Part shown: positions 1 through 9,859 of the stretch, in pieces
Layout: the number at the start of each line of letters is the position of its first letter
Numbering within the stretch: the stretch's first letter is position 1
Origin: Promethearchaeota archaeon
GTDB taxonomy: Archaea; Asgardarchaeota; Lokiarchaeia; Sigyniarchaeales; SOKP01
NCBI GenBank assembly: GCA_016840085.1
Contig: JAEOTA010000027.1
Location: forward strand, 1 to 48,957
DNA length: 48,957 bases
Direction: 5' to 3'
The notes under the pieces: model-generated
The model's input: only the letters and a program-made list of their open reading frames with translations
Databases searched by the model: none
What the model was told of the DNA's origin: nothing
Translations under genes and position numbers: made by a program

Positions 1-99
1 AGGAAACTTATATTGAAAATTATACCTGAGAAAATAGAACTTCTTGACTATGATTTCATAAAAGATGGATATTCAAGACTCCAAGTTTTAGAGTTATAA
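1..99 (+). CDS. 3' end of pyridoxamine 5'-phosphate oxidase-like (split-barrel flavin/F420-binding) protein, partial; paralogue of 1182..1628
   Basis: Frame 1 reads RKLILKIIPEKIELLDYDFIKDGYSRLQVLEL*, closely matching the C-terminus RKLLLKIIPEIIELLDYDFVKKGFSRIQTLEL* of the next copy. Confidence 0.8.
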   Translation, partial: RKLILKIIPEKIELLDYDFIKDGYSRLQVLEL

Positions 100-138
100 A
101 ATTTAGTAATAATAATTTTATTTTTATTTAGTCTGATT

Positions 139-1083
139 CTAAACATTAATTATTACATTGAATGAATTATATTTCTTAAATCCTAATCGTTCATATATTC
201 TTTGAGCTGGAATTCCTTCTGTAACTGTAAGAATTGCTTTTTTATAACCTTTTTTATGGGTTACATTTAAAATTTTTGAAATTAGGGCGGTACCAATCCC
301 CTTACCTCGTAATAATCTATTAACTGCAAGATTTTGAATAATAACTTCGCCCTCTTCATCTCCTTTTTCTATTAGACATAATCCAATAATCTGTTCTTTT
401 TCGTCCTTAACAACATATGAACAATCCATTAACATGTACGTTGTTAAACTATTTTTCAAATATTCTAAATAAAGAGGAACAGAATTCACTTCTTCCCAAA
501 AAGCTGTATCGGGATGATTTTTAAATGCATTAACGCTGAGTTCCGCAATTTTAGGAAAGAAGCTTTCATTAAGGGGAACAAAGGAATATTTAGATAACAA
601 CTCATTGGTTCTATCAAAAGTATCTAAATTTAAAGTCAAATTTTGTCTTTTTAAAATGCTATAACCAAGTTTTTTTAGTGGGTCTGCCAGGTAGTCTTCT
701 GGGAAGGTAAATGCTGCGTTATTGAATTTAATTATCTCATGACTATTTTTTATCTTTTCAAAGGCTTTTTTCAACAAAAAATAAGCTACTTCTTTTCTAT
801 TTACGGTGTCTAATACAAAGATATGCCTAATTAAAGCAAATTCTTTGCTAAATTGTTTAATAATCACGAATCCTATAATATCATCCCTACTTCTGGCTTC
901 AAAGCAAGTATAATCATCACTTTCAGATTTAATAATATTCTCAATCTTTTCATACCAAAAATCAGCTTCATTTATATCTTCATGAATAGTCTCTACAAAA
1001 TACTTAATTATAGATTCTCTTAGATTGCTAAGAATTTTATTATAACTACTTTGTGAATATTTAAGTTCTACTACATGATACAA
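139..1083 (-). CDS. Tandem-domain GNAT family N-acetyltransferase
   Basis: C-terminal acetyl-CoA motif LAVNRLLRGKGIG and A..IYERLGF; degenerate N-terminal GNAT domain. Probable TTG start at 1083 after AAGGTG (ORF track start 1116). Confidence 0.85.
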   Translation of the reverse strand: MYHVVELKYSQSSYNKILSNLRESIIKYFVETIHEDINEADFWYEKIENIIKSESDDYTCFEARSRDDIIGFVIIKQFSKEFALIRHIFVLDTVNRKEVAYFLLKKAFEKIKNSHEIIKFNNAAFTFPEDYLADPLKKLGYSILKRQNLTLNLDTFDRTNELLSKYSFVPLNESFFPKIAELSVNAFKNHPDTAFWEEVNSVPLYLEYLKNSLTTYMLMDCSYVVKDEKEQIIGLCLIEKGDEEGEVIIQNLAVNRLLRGKGIGTALISKILNVTHKKGYKKAILTVTEGIPAQRIYERLGFKKYNSFNVIINV

Positions 1084-1181
1084 ATAGACACACCTTATAC
1101 AGAGTAATAAAATCAAAAAAAAAGATTTATTTATTAAAATTGAAGAAAGGATTATAAATGAAGTTTTAGGTGATAATCAAA

Positions 1182-1628
1182 GTGACAAATCAAAAAATGC
1201 CAGAAAATGAATTAAAAAGAGAAATCCGAGAATATTTAAATTCTCGGAAGGTTTTAGTTTTATGTACTTGCAGTAATAACATCCCACGCGCGACACCTAT
1301 GGATTTTTATACTGATCAAGACAGTTTTAATATTTATGTAGGCCCAGCTCCTGGAAGGAAGGTTAAAAATATTGAAGAAAATCCAAATGTTAGTATTGGA
1401 ATCTATACACCTATATCTGAGGGAAAAATACAAGGTATGCAAATCACAGCTTCTAGAAGAGATAGATTGATCTTTTTAAGAGAGGGAGATAAAGAATTCG
1501 AAAAAGCGCAAAAAATAGTTAGAGGAAAAAGAAAATTACTATTAAAAATAATTCCAGAAATAATTGAACTACTAGATTATGACTTTGTTAAAAAAGGATT
1601 TTCTAGAATTCAGACATTAGAACTCTAA
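1182..1628 (+). CDS. Pyridoxamine 5'-phosphate oxidase-like family protein
   Basis: LCTCSNNIPRATPM and RKVKNIEENPNVSI motifs typical of PNPOx-like split barrels; probable GTG start 8 nt after AGGTGA (ORF track start 1170). Confidence 0.8.
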   Translation: MTNQKMPENELKREIREYLNSRKVLVLCTCSNNIPRATPMDFYTDQDSFNIYVGPAPGRKVKNIEENPNVSIGIYTPISEGKIQGMQITASRRDRLIFLREGDKEFEKAQKIVRGKRKLLLKIIPEIIELLDYDFVKKGFSRIQTLEL

Positions 1629-2569
1629 AGTTTGCCGTCTGTTATAATATTAAATGAGGTATATTTTTTAAATCCGAAGCTATCATACATTTTTTGGGCA
1701 TAATTGCCTTCTGTAACCGTAAGAATAGCTTTTTTATAACCTTTTTCATAGGTTGCTTCTAATCCTTTTGAGAGTAGAGCTTTTCCTATCCCTTTTCCTT
1801 GATCTTGTTTATTAATAGCGATATTTTGAATCATAACTTCATCTTCTGCTTTTTCTATTAAACAGAATCCAAAAATTTGATCTCTTGCATTCTTTACCAT
1901 GAATGAACACTCTTTCAATAAATAAGAGGTCCAAATTGTTTCTAAATGTTCTAAATAAAAAGGAATGGTACTCACTTCATCCCAAAAAGTTCCATCAGGA
2001 TGATTTTTATAGACTTGAACACAAAGTTTTGCTACTTCTGGCAAATTTTCTTTATTAAAAACAACGAAGGAATTACCAGATGGTAACTTATACCCTTTAT
2101 CGAAATTTGCTAAATTAAGAGTCATATTATATCTTTTTAGAGTATTAAAACCTAATCTCTTCAATGGTTTTAACAAATAATCCTCTGGAAAGGTGAAGGC
2201 GGCATTATTAATTTCGTTTATCTTATATTTATATTTTAAACTTTCAAAAGCTTCTTTCAATAAAATATATGAAACCTCTTCCCTTTTGACAGTATCTATA
2301 ATGAAAAAATGTCTAATCAAAGCAAATTTTAGATTTATCAAGTTAATTGTTATGAAACCCCTAATCTCTTCATCACTACTGACTTGAAAACATATAAATT
2401 CATCACTTTCAGATTTAACAACTTTATTAATCCACTCAAACCAGAAATTAGCTTCTTTTATATCTTCTTGCAAAATTTCTACAAAATACTTTATTAATGA
2501 ATCATGAAGGTTATTAAGAATCGTTTTATAACTATTTACTGAATATTTAAGATCTTGCACTTCATACAA
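1625..2569 (-). CDS. Tandem-domain GNAT family N-acetyltransferase (paralogue of 139..1083)
   Basis: IAINKQDQGKGIG motif; shares NNAAFTFPEDYL and KGYKKAILTVTEG blocks with the first copy; probable TTG start at 2569. Confidence 0.85.
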   Translation of the reverse strand: MYEVQDLKYSVNSYKTILNNLHDSLIKYFVEILQEDIKEANFWFEWINKVVKSESDEFICFQVSSDEEIRGFITINLINLKFALIRHFFIIDTVKREEVSYILLKEAFESLKYKYKINEINNAAFTFPEDYLLKPLKRLGFNTLKRYNMTLNLANFDKGYKLPSGNSFVVFNKENLPEVAKLCVQVYKNHPDGTFWDEVSTIPFYLEHLETIWTSYLLKECSFMVKNARDQIFGFCLIEKAEDEVMIQNIAINKQDQGKGIGKALLSKGLEATYEKGYKKAILTVTEGNYAQKMYDSFGFKKYTSFNIITDGKL

Positions 2570-2630
2570 ATAAATACACCAAAAAGCAGTCAATTCTAAA
2601 AATTATTAAAAAAAAAGAAATTAAATCTAA

Positions 2631-2927
2631 TTATTTCATCATATCTAAAGCTTCTGATCCTTCAATCAAAGGTACCATTTTATATTTATAACCTTTGAAG
2701 GCAGCATACGCTGAAAAACGTTTGGCTATTCCCTTCATACCTTCATAAAGTTTTTCTTCAGGAAGTTCATAAATATTAATGGTTTTATATTCATAACCTG
2801 ATATTACCCATTGATGTACTCGTTTTACATAATCGGGATATTTTGGAGCTTTGCCTGAAAGGTAAAATTTTAAAAATTCCTCAAGTATATGTGGAGGATA
2901 TTTGACTTTAACCATTATATGTACCAT
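2631..2927 (-). CDS. Small hypothetical protein (98 aa, alternating alpha/beta pattern)
   Basis: Clean ATG ORF with normal composition; no motif recognised. Confidence 0.6.
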   Translation of the reverse strand: MVHIMVKVKYPPHILEEFLKFYLSGKAPKYPDYVKRVHQWVISGYEYKTINIYELPEEKLYEGMKGIAKRFSAYAAFKGYKYKMVPLIEGSEALDMMK

Positions 2928-3129
2928 TTGTAAGATTCACATCTTTCTTGGATTAAGATTTAAATTTTTAAGTAAGTAATATTTAACTATTAATTATTTA
3001 AGTTTTTACAATTTTAGAAAAATTAAAAAAATAGCATTTAATGATCTCTTAAAAGAAAATGTTTTAGGAGACAATTAATTCATTTATTTAATACAACTAA
3101 AAATTCTTGCAATAAATCTTCTGATAAAT

Positions 3130-3618
3130 ATGATCTCTACCGAAGAACAAGAGGAGCTTAAGAAAGCACAAACTGATAAAGAATTAAAACAGGTTTTTAA
3201 AAAAGTTGCTTCAAAAAATCCCGATTCTTACTTCCCCACTAAAGAATTAAGAGAATTAGGATATATAAGAAAGAATTGTGAATCATGTGGAACACTTTTT
3301 TGGACTACATTAAAAGATCGAAAAGTATGCGGAGATCCCACTTGTTCTGGAGGATTTCAAGTTGTAATAAATAATCCCTCTCAAATCAAACTATCATTTA
3401 TAGGAGTATGGGAAAAGATAGTTTAAATTTTGGAACCAAGAGGTTATGTTCCAATTAATAGATATCCATGCGTAGCGAGAGGGGATCCAACATCTGAATT
3501 TACAATTGCTTCAATATCAGCATTTCAACCTTATGTAATTACAGGAGAAGAAGAACCTCCGGCTAAAAAACTAGTAATTCCTCAATTTTATTTAAGATTA
3601 AACCTGTACTATTTTTAA
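3130..3618 (+). pseudogene. alaS: Truncated, diverged 5' copy of alanine--tRNA ligase
   Basis: Aligns to about residues 1-158 of 5214..8180; in-frame TAA at 3424-3426 (EKIV*ILEPRG vs EKIVEILEPRG); VARGDP vs VARWNP; homology ends at PQFYLRL vs PQFCLRF. Confidence 0.9.
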
Positions 3619-3681
3619 AGCATCTGTGTTTCTAATTAAAAATGGTTTTTTTTAAAAGCATCAAATCTTAAATTTATAATA

Positions 3682-4602
3682 ATGGGATTATTTAAAATAA
3701 AAAATATCATAAGTTTTATTTCCATGGGACCATCATTTTTGCAATCAATAGTAAGGAAGGTTCCATTCTATGTGAATTATGATTTAACTTGTCAATGTAA
3801 CTTAAAATGTAAGCATTGTTATTTTTTCTCATCAACAACGGAATTAAAAGATAAAAGAACAGAATTATCCAACGAAGAATGGATTAATCTTTTTAAATAC
3901 CATAGAAAATTAGGAACAAAAATAGCTATTTTAACTGGTGGAGAACCTACTTTAAGAATGGATGTTATAAAAGAAGCGATTAAAATTTTCCCCTCAGTTC
4001 AAGTTGTATCAAATGGAGTTATAAAATTACCTCAATTTAATGGATATAAACAACTAAAATACTGGGTGAGTATAGATGGAACTAAGGAAACTCATGATAA
4101 GATAAGAGGTGCAAAGGTTTTTGATAAAGTCATACAAAATATTCGGGAAAACAGTCCGGTTGTTACATCAACCATTATGACATTAAATTATAAGGAAATT
4201 GAAGATATTGTTAAGATTGCACATGATAATGGTGCTTCTGGATTTGTTTTTTTATTGTATACTGGTTATCCTAACGATCCACTTTTATTAAAAGGAAATA
4301 TCTTAATAAAGACAATTAAAGACATTTTAAAAGTAATGCGTGAATATGGAAATTTTATTTGTTATTCAAAAAAAATGTTAGAAGTATACCTGTCAAAAGA
4401 ATTTGTACCACTTTGCATATTTAAAACCGGTCAAGTAAAAAGTTTCTATCCTGATGGAACACAAAAATTTTGTGTCATGGGAAATTCACCACTATTATGT
4501 GCTAATTGCGGTTGTATAGTACCGATTGCTGCTTACGCCTTATTTAGGAAATTTGATGCTGATACAGTTGAAAAAACGAGAAAATTGTTTGATCTTGCAT
4601 AA
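3682..4602 (+). CDS. Radical SAM protein with C-terminal Cys-rich (SPASM/twitch-like) extension
   Basis: CNLKCKHC CxxxCxxC motif, LTGGEP, SIDG...HDKIRG; C-terminal C...CVMG...CANCGC. Confidence 0.9.
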   Translation: MGLFKIKNIISFISMGPSFLQSIVRKVPFYVNYDLTCQCNLKCKHCYFFSSTTELKDKRTELSNEEWINLFKYHRKLGTKIAILTGGEPTLRMDVIKEAIKIFPSVQVVSNGVIKLPQFNGYKQLKYWVSIDGTKETHDKIRGAKVFDKVIQNIRENSPVVTSTIMTLNYKEIEDIVKIAHDNGASGFVFLLYTGYPNDPLLLKGNILIKTIKDILKVMREYGNFICYSKKMLEVYLSKEFVPLCIFKTGQVKSFYPDGTQKFCVMGNSPLLCANCGCIVPIAAYALFRKFDADTVEKTRKLFDLA

Positions 4603-4776
4603 TAAATAAGCATGGATTTTTCTCTTGTAAATTACGGACTTTTTCTTCCCTTATAGAATGTTTCTTGATTAAAACGAAAATGAAAATATTTCTTAACCTC
4701 AAATTTTCTTAATTAAATTTAATAATAATTTATGAATCAAATTTCAGCTCTGAATGATTAAACTAAATTCGATTCT

Positions 4777-5080
4777 ATGGTTGATTCAAAAAGTTTTTTT
4801 GATAATCTAGCAAAAAAAGCTCTCTAGCGAAAGTTTTGTAATAAAAATTAAGTTTATAGATATATCTCTAAATGAAACTCATTTGAATAGATATAAATTA
4901 ACATCCGGACTTAATTTTTTAGAATGGAATGGATTAATAGCATGCGGTATATACCTAGCTTGTCGAATATTAAAAAAATCAATATCTCAAGTAGAAATAT
5001 CAGAATTTGTTGGAGTAGATGATCACTCTTTAAGTAAAAGATATTCGGAAATAGCTAAAAGCTTATCTATTGAAATATAA
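4777..5080 (+). pseudogene. Remnant of a transcription factor B (TFB) C-terminal cyclin repeat/HTH
   Basis: LTSG...GLIACGIYLACRI...SQVEISEFVGVDDHSLSKRYSEI resembles the TFB second repeat and BRE-binding HTH; upstream DSKSFFDNLAKK lies in another frame (shift at the A-run near 4812-4818). Confidence 0.6.
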
Positions 5081-5213
5081 AATTAATATTCATAAAGTTT
5101 AATTTTCTTTTCTCTTATTTCAATATTCAAATTATAATATTATAATCAAAATAATTTTAGGAAAAGAAACATTAGATTCTTCAATAATTATTAATCGTAA
5201 ACATCGAACTATA

Positions 5214-8180
5214 ATGCTTTCCGATCAACTTATTAATCAACTTAAAGATTGTAGGACAGATAAAGAATTAAAAGTAGCTTTTAAAAAGATCGCATCTGAA
5301 GATCCAGATAAATATTTTCCTACTCAAGAGCTAAAACAACTAGGATATCTAAGGAAACATTGTGAGCACTGTGGAACTTACTTTTGGACAGTTGATAAAG
5401 ACCGAAAAGTATGTGGAGATCCGGTTTGTTCTGGAGGTTTTCAAGTTGTCAATAATAATCCTTCTAAAGTAAAATTGTCCTTTATTGGAGTTTGGGAAAA
5501 AATCGTAGAGATTTTAGAACCTCGAGGTTACCTTCCCATAAAAAGATACCCATGCGTAGCTCGATGGAATCCAACTTCAGAATTTACAATTGCGTCTATT
5601 TCAGCATTTCAGCCTTATGTGATAACTGGAGAAGTAGAACCTCCTGCTAAAAAACTTATAATTCCCCAATTCTGTTTAAGATTTAATGATATTGAAAACG
5701 TAGGAATTACAGGTTCGCATAATACAGGTTTTGTAATGATAGGACAACATCAATTCGTGCCACCTGAAGAATGGAATCAGGGTGAACTTTTTATGGATAT
5801 ACATGATTTTATTCATAAAGGGGTTGGTTTAGCAAAAGAAGAAATAACTATTCATGAAGATTCTTGGGCAGGTGGGGGTTCTTTTGGATGTAGTCTTGAA
5901 TTTTTCAGCAGAGGTGTTGAGTTATTTAATCAAGTCTATACTATGTTTGAACAAACTCCAGAAGGACCAAAAGAATTAAAGCTTAAAGTATTGGATATGG
6001 GTCTTGGACAGGAACGTGTTGCATGGTTTTCTCAAGGAACACCGAATATTTATGAAGCCATTTTTCCTTATGTTTTATCGAAATTAAGAGAAATTGCACA
6101 AATAGAATTAGAATTAGAACTTTATAATAAATTTTCTCAATATTCAGCTTATTTAAATTTTGACGAAGTAGACGATATGGATGAGGCTTGGCAGCGAGTT
6201 GCGAAAGAACTGAAAATAAATGTAAAAGAACTTAGAACTAAAATAATCCCCATGACAGCTCTTTACTCAATTGCTGACCATGCTCGAAGTTTATTATTTG
6301 CGATTAATGATGGAAAATTACCTTCTAATGTTGGTGGGGGGTATAACCTGAGAGTTATTTTTAGACGAGCCTTTAGTTTTATTGACCAGTTTAAATGGGA
6401 TATAGATATAGCTGATGTATGTGCCTGGCATGCTAAAGAATTGAAAGGAATTTTCCCGGAGGTTTCAGACCATCTAGATGAAATTCGAGAAATATTGATG
6501 GTTGAAAGAGAGAAATTTTATACTACTCAGAAAAAAGCAGGAAAAATTTTAGATAAAATCTTGAAAAAGGGAAGTATCTCCACAGAGACTCTAATCGAAT
6601 TATATGATTCTAATGGTATAAGTCCTGATATGGTAAAAGCAGCAGCTAAAAAATATGGCGTAAAAATAGATATTCCAGACGATTTTTATAGGCTAGTTGT
6701 TGAAAGACATGAAAAAATTGAGCAAGTTTATGCTACTGAAAGAGAAATCGAATTGGATTTAGAGGGGATTCCTGAAACAAAATCTTTATATTATTATGAC
6801 TACACAGAAACTTCTAATGAAGCCAAAGTTTTGAAAATCATTGATAGTATGGTTGTAGTAGATAAATCTGTTGCATACCCTACTTCTGGTGGTCAACTGC
6901 ATGATATAGGAAAAATAAATGGTCAAGAGTTTAATGATGTTTTTAAACAAGGAAATCATATTATTCATATACTCGATAGTGAACCTAAATTCAAGGAAGG
7001 AGATATTGTAAAAATAGAAGTGGACAAAGAATGGAGGAAGCAACTATCCCAACATCATACTGCTACTCATATTGTAAATGCTGCTGCTCGAGATGTTTTG
7101 GGTAGTCATATTAACCAGGCTGGTGCAAAAAAAACACTTAAAAGCTCCCATCTTGATATTACACACTATGAACAAATTCCTAAGGATAAATTAATAGAAA
7201 TCGAAAAAAAAGCAAACGAAATAGTAGAGAAAGGTATTGATCTTAATCTTAGTTTCATCCTGCGTTCGGAGGCAGAAAAGAAATATGGTATGTCTATATA
7301 CCAAGGCGGTGCAGTACCTGGGAAATATTTAAGAATTGTTGAGGTCCCTGGAATTGATGTCGAGGCTTGCGGAGGTACACATTTAAATAATACTTTAGAA
7401 ATAGGATACATACACATAACTAAATCACAAAAGATACAAGATGGAATAGTCAGACTTACATTTGTAGCAGGAAAAGCTACAGATAAATTAAAAGAAAAGC
7501 ATAAAAAAATTCTTGAGGAATTAAAAGGTATTTTAAAAGTTGATCGTAAGCAGCTCGTAGAACGTGTGGAAGAATTATTTGAAAAGTGGAAAAATGTCAA
7601 TAAAACACTTAAATCCGGTAAAGTGAATGAGAATGATTTAAAATTGACTTCCTCTAAAACATTTGAGGGTGATGTCTTATCAGAAATTTCTCATTTTTTA
7701 AGTACAAAAAAGGATGACGTGCCAAGTAAAATTCAAAAACTGTATGATGAATGGATAGAAGGAAAAAAAAAGTTATTCAAAATCAAGGATTTGTTTAGCG
7801 ATGAAGCAATTGAAAAGCGGATAAAGAAAGCTCAGAAATATCGTAATGCTAAATTAATTTTCGAATCAACAGAGGGTTTAAACCAAAATGATATAAAAAA
7901 TTTGAGCCAAAACGTCCTTAAGAAAGATCCTAATACTATCATATTTATCTCAAATCAAACTGAAAAAGGTATAATGATTATGGGTATGTCAGGGAGCAAA
8001 TTGTCATTAGATTCAGATATTAATATTGGAGATATTGTATCAACAACTGTTAAACATTATGATGGAAGTGGTGGGGGTTCATCAGATTTTGGCCAAGGTT
8101 TCATAACTAAAAGAGGAGTGACTTCAGCATATGTTTTGAAACGTATAAAAGACATTTATTTTAAAGAACAAGATGAGTAA
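5214..8180 (+). CDS. alaS: Alanine--tRNA ligase (archaeal type)
   Basis: N-terminal CxxC Zn ribbon, IASISAFQP, CLRFND, DMGLGQER, IADHAR, editing motifs HHTATH and EACGGTH, C-terminal DHHA1-like GSGGG. Confidence 0.97.
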   Translation: MLSDQLINQLKDCRTDKELKVAFKKIASEDPDKYFPTQELKQLGYLRKHCEHCGTYFWTVDKDRKVCGDPVCSGGFQVVNNNPSKVKLSFIGVWEKIVEILEPRGYLPIKRYPCVARWNPTSEFTIASISAFQPYVITGEVEPPAKKLIIPQFCLRFNDIENVGITGSHNTGFVMIGQHQFVPPEEWNQGELFMDIHDFIHKGVGLAKEEITIHEDSWAGGGSFGCSLEFFSRGVELFNQVYTMFEQTPEGPKELKLKVLDMGLGQERVAWFSQGTPNIYEAIFPYVLSKLREIAQIELELELYNKFSQYSAYLNFDEVDDMDEAWQRVAKELKINVKELRTKIIPMTALYSIADHARSLLFAINDGKLPSNVGGGYNLRVIFRRAFSFIDQFKWDIDIADVCAWHAKELKGIFPEVSDHLDEIREILMVEREKFYTTQKKAGKILDKILKKGSISTETLIELYDSNGISPDMVKAAAKKYGVKIDIPDDFYRLVVERHEKIEQVYATEREIELDLEGIPETKSLYYYDYTETSNEAKVLKIIDSMVVVDKSVAYPTSGGQLHDIGKINGQEFNDVFKQGNHIIHILDSEPKFKEGDIVKIEVDKEWRKQLSQHHTATHIVNAAARDVLGSHINQAGAKKTLKSSHLDITHYEQIPKDKLIEIEKKANEIVEKGIDLNLSFILRSEAEKKYGMSIYQGGAVPGKYLRIVEVPGIDVEACGGTHLNNTLEIGYIHITKSQKIQDGIVRLTFVAGKATDKLKEKHKKILEELKGILKVDRKQLVERVEELFEKWKNVNKTLKSGKVNENDLKLTSSKTFEGDVLSEISHFLSTKKDDVPSKIQKLYDEWIEGKKKLFKIKDLFSDEAIEKRIKKAQKYRNAKLIFESTEGLNQNDIKNLSQNVLKKDPNTIIFISNQTEKGIMIMGMSGSKLSLDSDINIGDIVSTTVKHYDGSGGGSSDFGQGFITKRGVTSAYVLKRIKDIYFKEQDE

Positions 8181-8200
8181 TTAAAAAACCTTTTTGTTAA

Positions 8201-8320
8201 AGTATCAAAATTAATAAAGTAATAGATACTTCGAGAGGACCCTCAGGAGAAAATCTTGTTAAATTTGCTTCAATTATAAGTGAAAAAGGGGCTCTTACTC
8301 ATATGGATAACATATTTTAA
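8201..8320 (+). pseudogene. Short gene remnant resembling the aldehyde:ferredoxin oxidoreductase N-terminal domain
   Basis: Stop-bounded frame with no start codon before the motif encodes ...SRGPSGENLVKFASIISEKG..., like the AOR-family GPAGENLVKFA motif. Confidence 0.45.
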
Positions 8321-8531
8321 TTTATAGCTTTAAAATTTATTATCTCTAATATTTATAACAATTTATTTTATCTATATAGACTATATAGTCTTTATATAAT
8401 ATGGCGAGAGCATTTAAAGCTATATATTTCTTTATATTTATTAAAAATATTGAAAGAACCTATATATGTTTGATTGGTTTTTATTAACTTTATTGCGACA
8501 AAAGGAAGAATATTTAAAATTAAAGAGGGAA

Positions 8532-8642
8532 GTGTGTCAAAATCCCCTAGAAAAATCAATGGACAACATTATTGAAAGAATTAACCAAGATATTAATAAG
8601 ACAATTAAATTAAATCAACTTGAATATGTAAAAAAAAAGTAA
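8532..8642 (+). CDS. Possible small protein (36 aa)
   Basis: GTG start after purine-rich AGAGGGA; MCQNPLEKSMDNIIERINQDINKTIKLNQLEYVKKK*; directly upstream of the Zn-ribbon ORF. Confidence 0.3.
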   Translation: MCQNPLEKSMDNIIERINQDINKTIKLNQLEYVKKK

Positions 8643-8692
8643 ATAGTACCTATTTAAAAACTAAAAAAAAAATTTTGAGGTGAAAATGAAAT

Positions 8693-8839
8693 ATGAAACC
8701 AATATTTGAAAAATTTTGGTGTCCACAATGTGGACAAATTCGCTATGTTTACGTTGATGGTGTCTGTTCTAGCTGTAATACTGAAAATGAGCTAGAACAA
8801 ATAATACTTAAACGTAAGAATGCGATTCTAGCTTTCTAG
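8693..8839 (+). CDS. Small zinc-ribbon protein (48 aa), not in the ORF track
   Basis: MKPIFEKFWCPQCGQIRYVYVDGVCSSCNTENELEQIILKRKNAILAF*; two CxxC pairs, GAGGTGA 9 nt upstream, T-run downstream. Confidence 0.75.
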   Translation: MKPIFEKFWCPQCGQIRYVYVDGVCSSCNTENELEQIILKRKNAILAF

Positions 8840-8981
8840 CTACTTTTTTTTCGTTTTATTTAATTGAACTCTCTTTATTTAGTCTCTTTGTTTAAATTAT
8901 TTTATAAGTAATAGAAAATATTTATAAATATTAGAAATTCTCTCTTAAATTATGAACTTAATATAAGAAGGTGCGAAAAAA

Positions 8982-9803
8982 TTGGTTGAAATCATACAAA
9001 TATCAGATCTCCATTATGGCAGTGAATTTGTGCCTGAATATATGGAAAATGTTATCAGTTATATTGATGAAGTTCGTCCTGATGTAGTAGTTTGTACGGG
9101 AGATATTGTACATAAAGGAAGGGTTGTTCAATTTAGAAAAGTAATTGAATATATTAATCGAATAAAGGAAATTGCTAAATTTCTAGCAGTACCAGGCAAC
9201 CACGACGCAAAAAATTCGGGTCTAGTGTATTTTGAAAAAATTATTGGTCCACGAAGATCCAGAATGATAATCGAAAATAAAGATACAATTATAGTTGGAA
9301 TTTGTTCTGCGAGAGATGATATGGCTGAAGGAATGGTTGGAGATGAGCAGCTTGATTGGACTGGAAGATGCTTTAACAAAAACTTAGAAAATAGAATAAT
9401 GGCATTACACCACCATTTAATTCCTATTCCAATGTCAGGGCAAAAATTTACTACAGTTCGAGATGCTGGAGAAATATTGGAATTTGCGGAGATATTTGAA
9501 ATAGATCTAGTATTAATGGGGCATCGTCATGTTCCTCACGCTTATGTAATTTCTTGGAAGGATTCAACAAATACAACTTTTCTTTACTGTGGTACTTCAA
9601 CCTCAAACAAAGTTCGTGCTGATGATAAACCGAGTTTCAATCATATTTATCTTAATGAGGGCGATTTAGAAGTATATATGGTCAATTCAACTAATCTTGA
9701 GAAATCTTTATTATTGGAGCGTAAGGCATATCATACAGAATTTAGAAGACCTAGGAAAACTAGAATTGAACACCTGCTCGCATCAGCAGTATGGGATGAA
9801 TAA
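8982..9803 (+). CDS. Calcineurin-like metallophosphoesterase (CpdA/Icc-like)
   Basis: SDLH, TGD, PGNHD, LHHH and GHRH motifs. Confidence 0.92.
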   Translation: MVEIIQISDLHYGSEFVPEYMENVISYIDEVRPDVVVCTGDIVHKGRVVQFRKVIEYINRIKEIAKFLAVPGNHDAKNSGLVYFEKIIGPRRSRMIIENKDTIIVGICSARDDMAEGMVGDEQLDWTGRCFNKNLENRIMALHHHLIPIPMSGQKFTTVRDAGEILEFAEIFEIDLVLMGHRHVPHAYVISWKDSTNTTFLYCGTSTSNKVRADDKPSFNHIYLNEGDLEVYMVNSTNLEKSLLLERKAYHTEFRRPRKTRIEHLLASAVWDE

Positions 9804-9859
9804 AATAAAAAGTAATAAAGAATAGTATAATTCATCAAAATAAAGATGAAAAAATAATT

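Noticed and set aside
3130-3618. A functional split AlaRS or recoded TAA
   Set aside because: Additional lesions at conserved positions (W to G, C to Y) and truncation before most of the catalytic domain indicate decay
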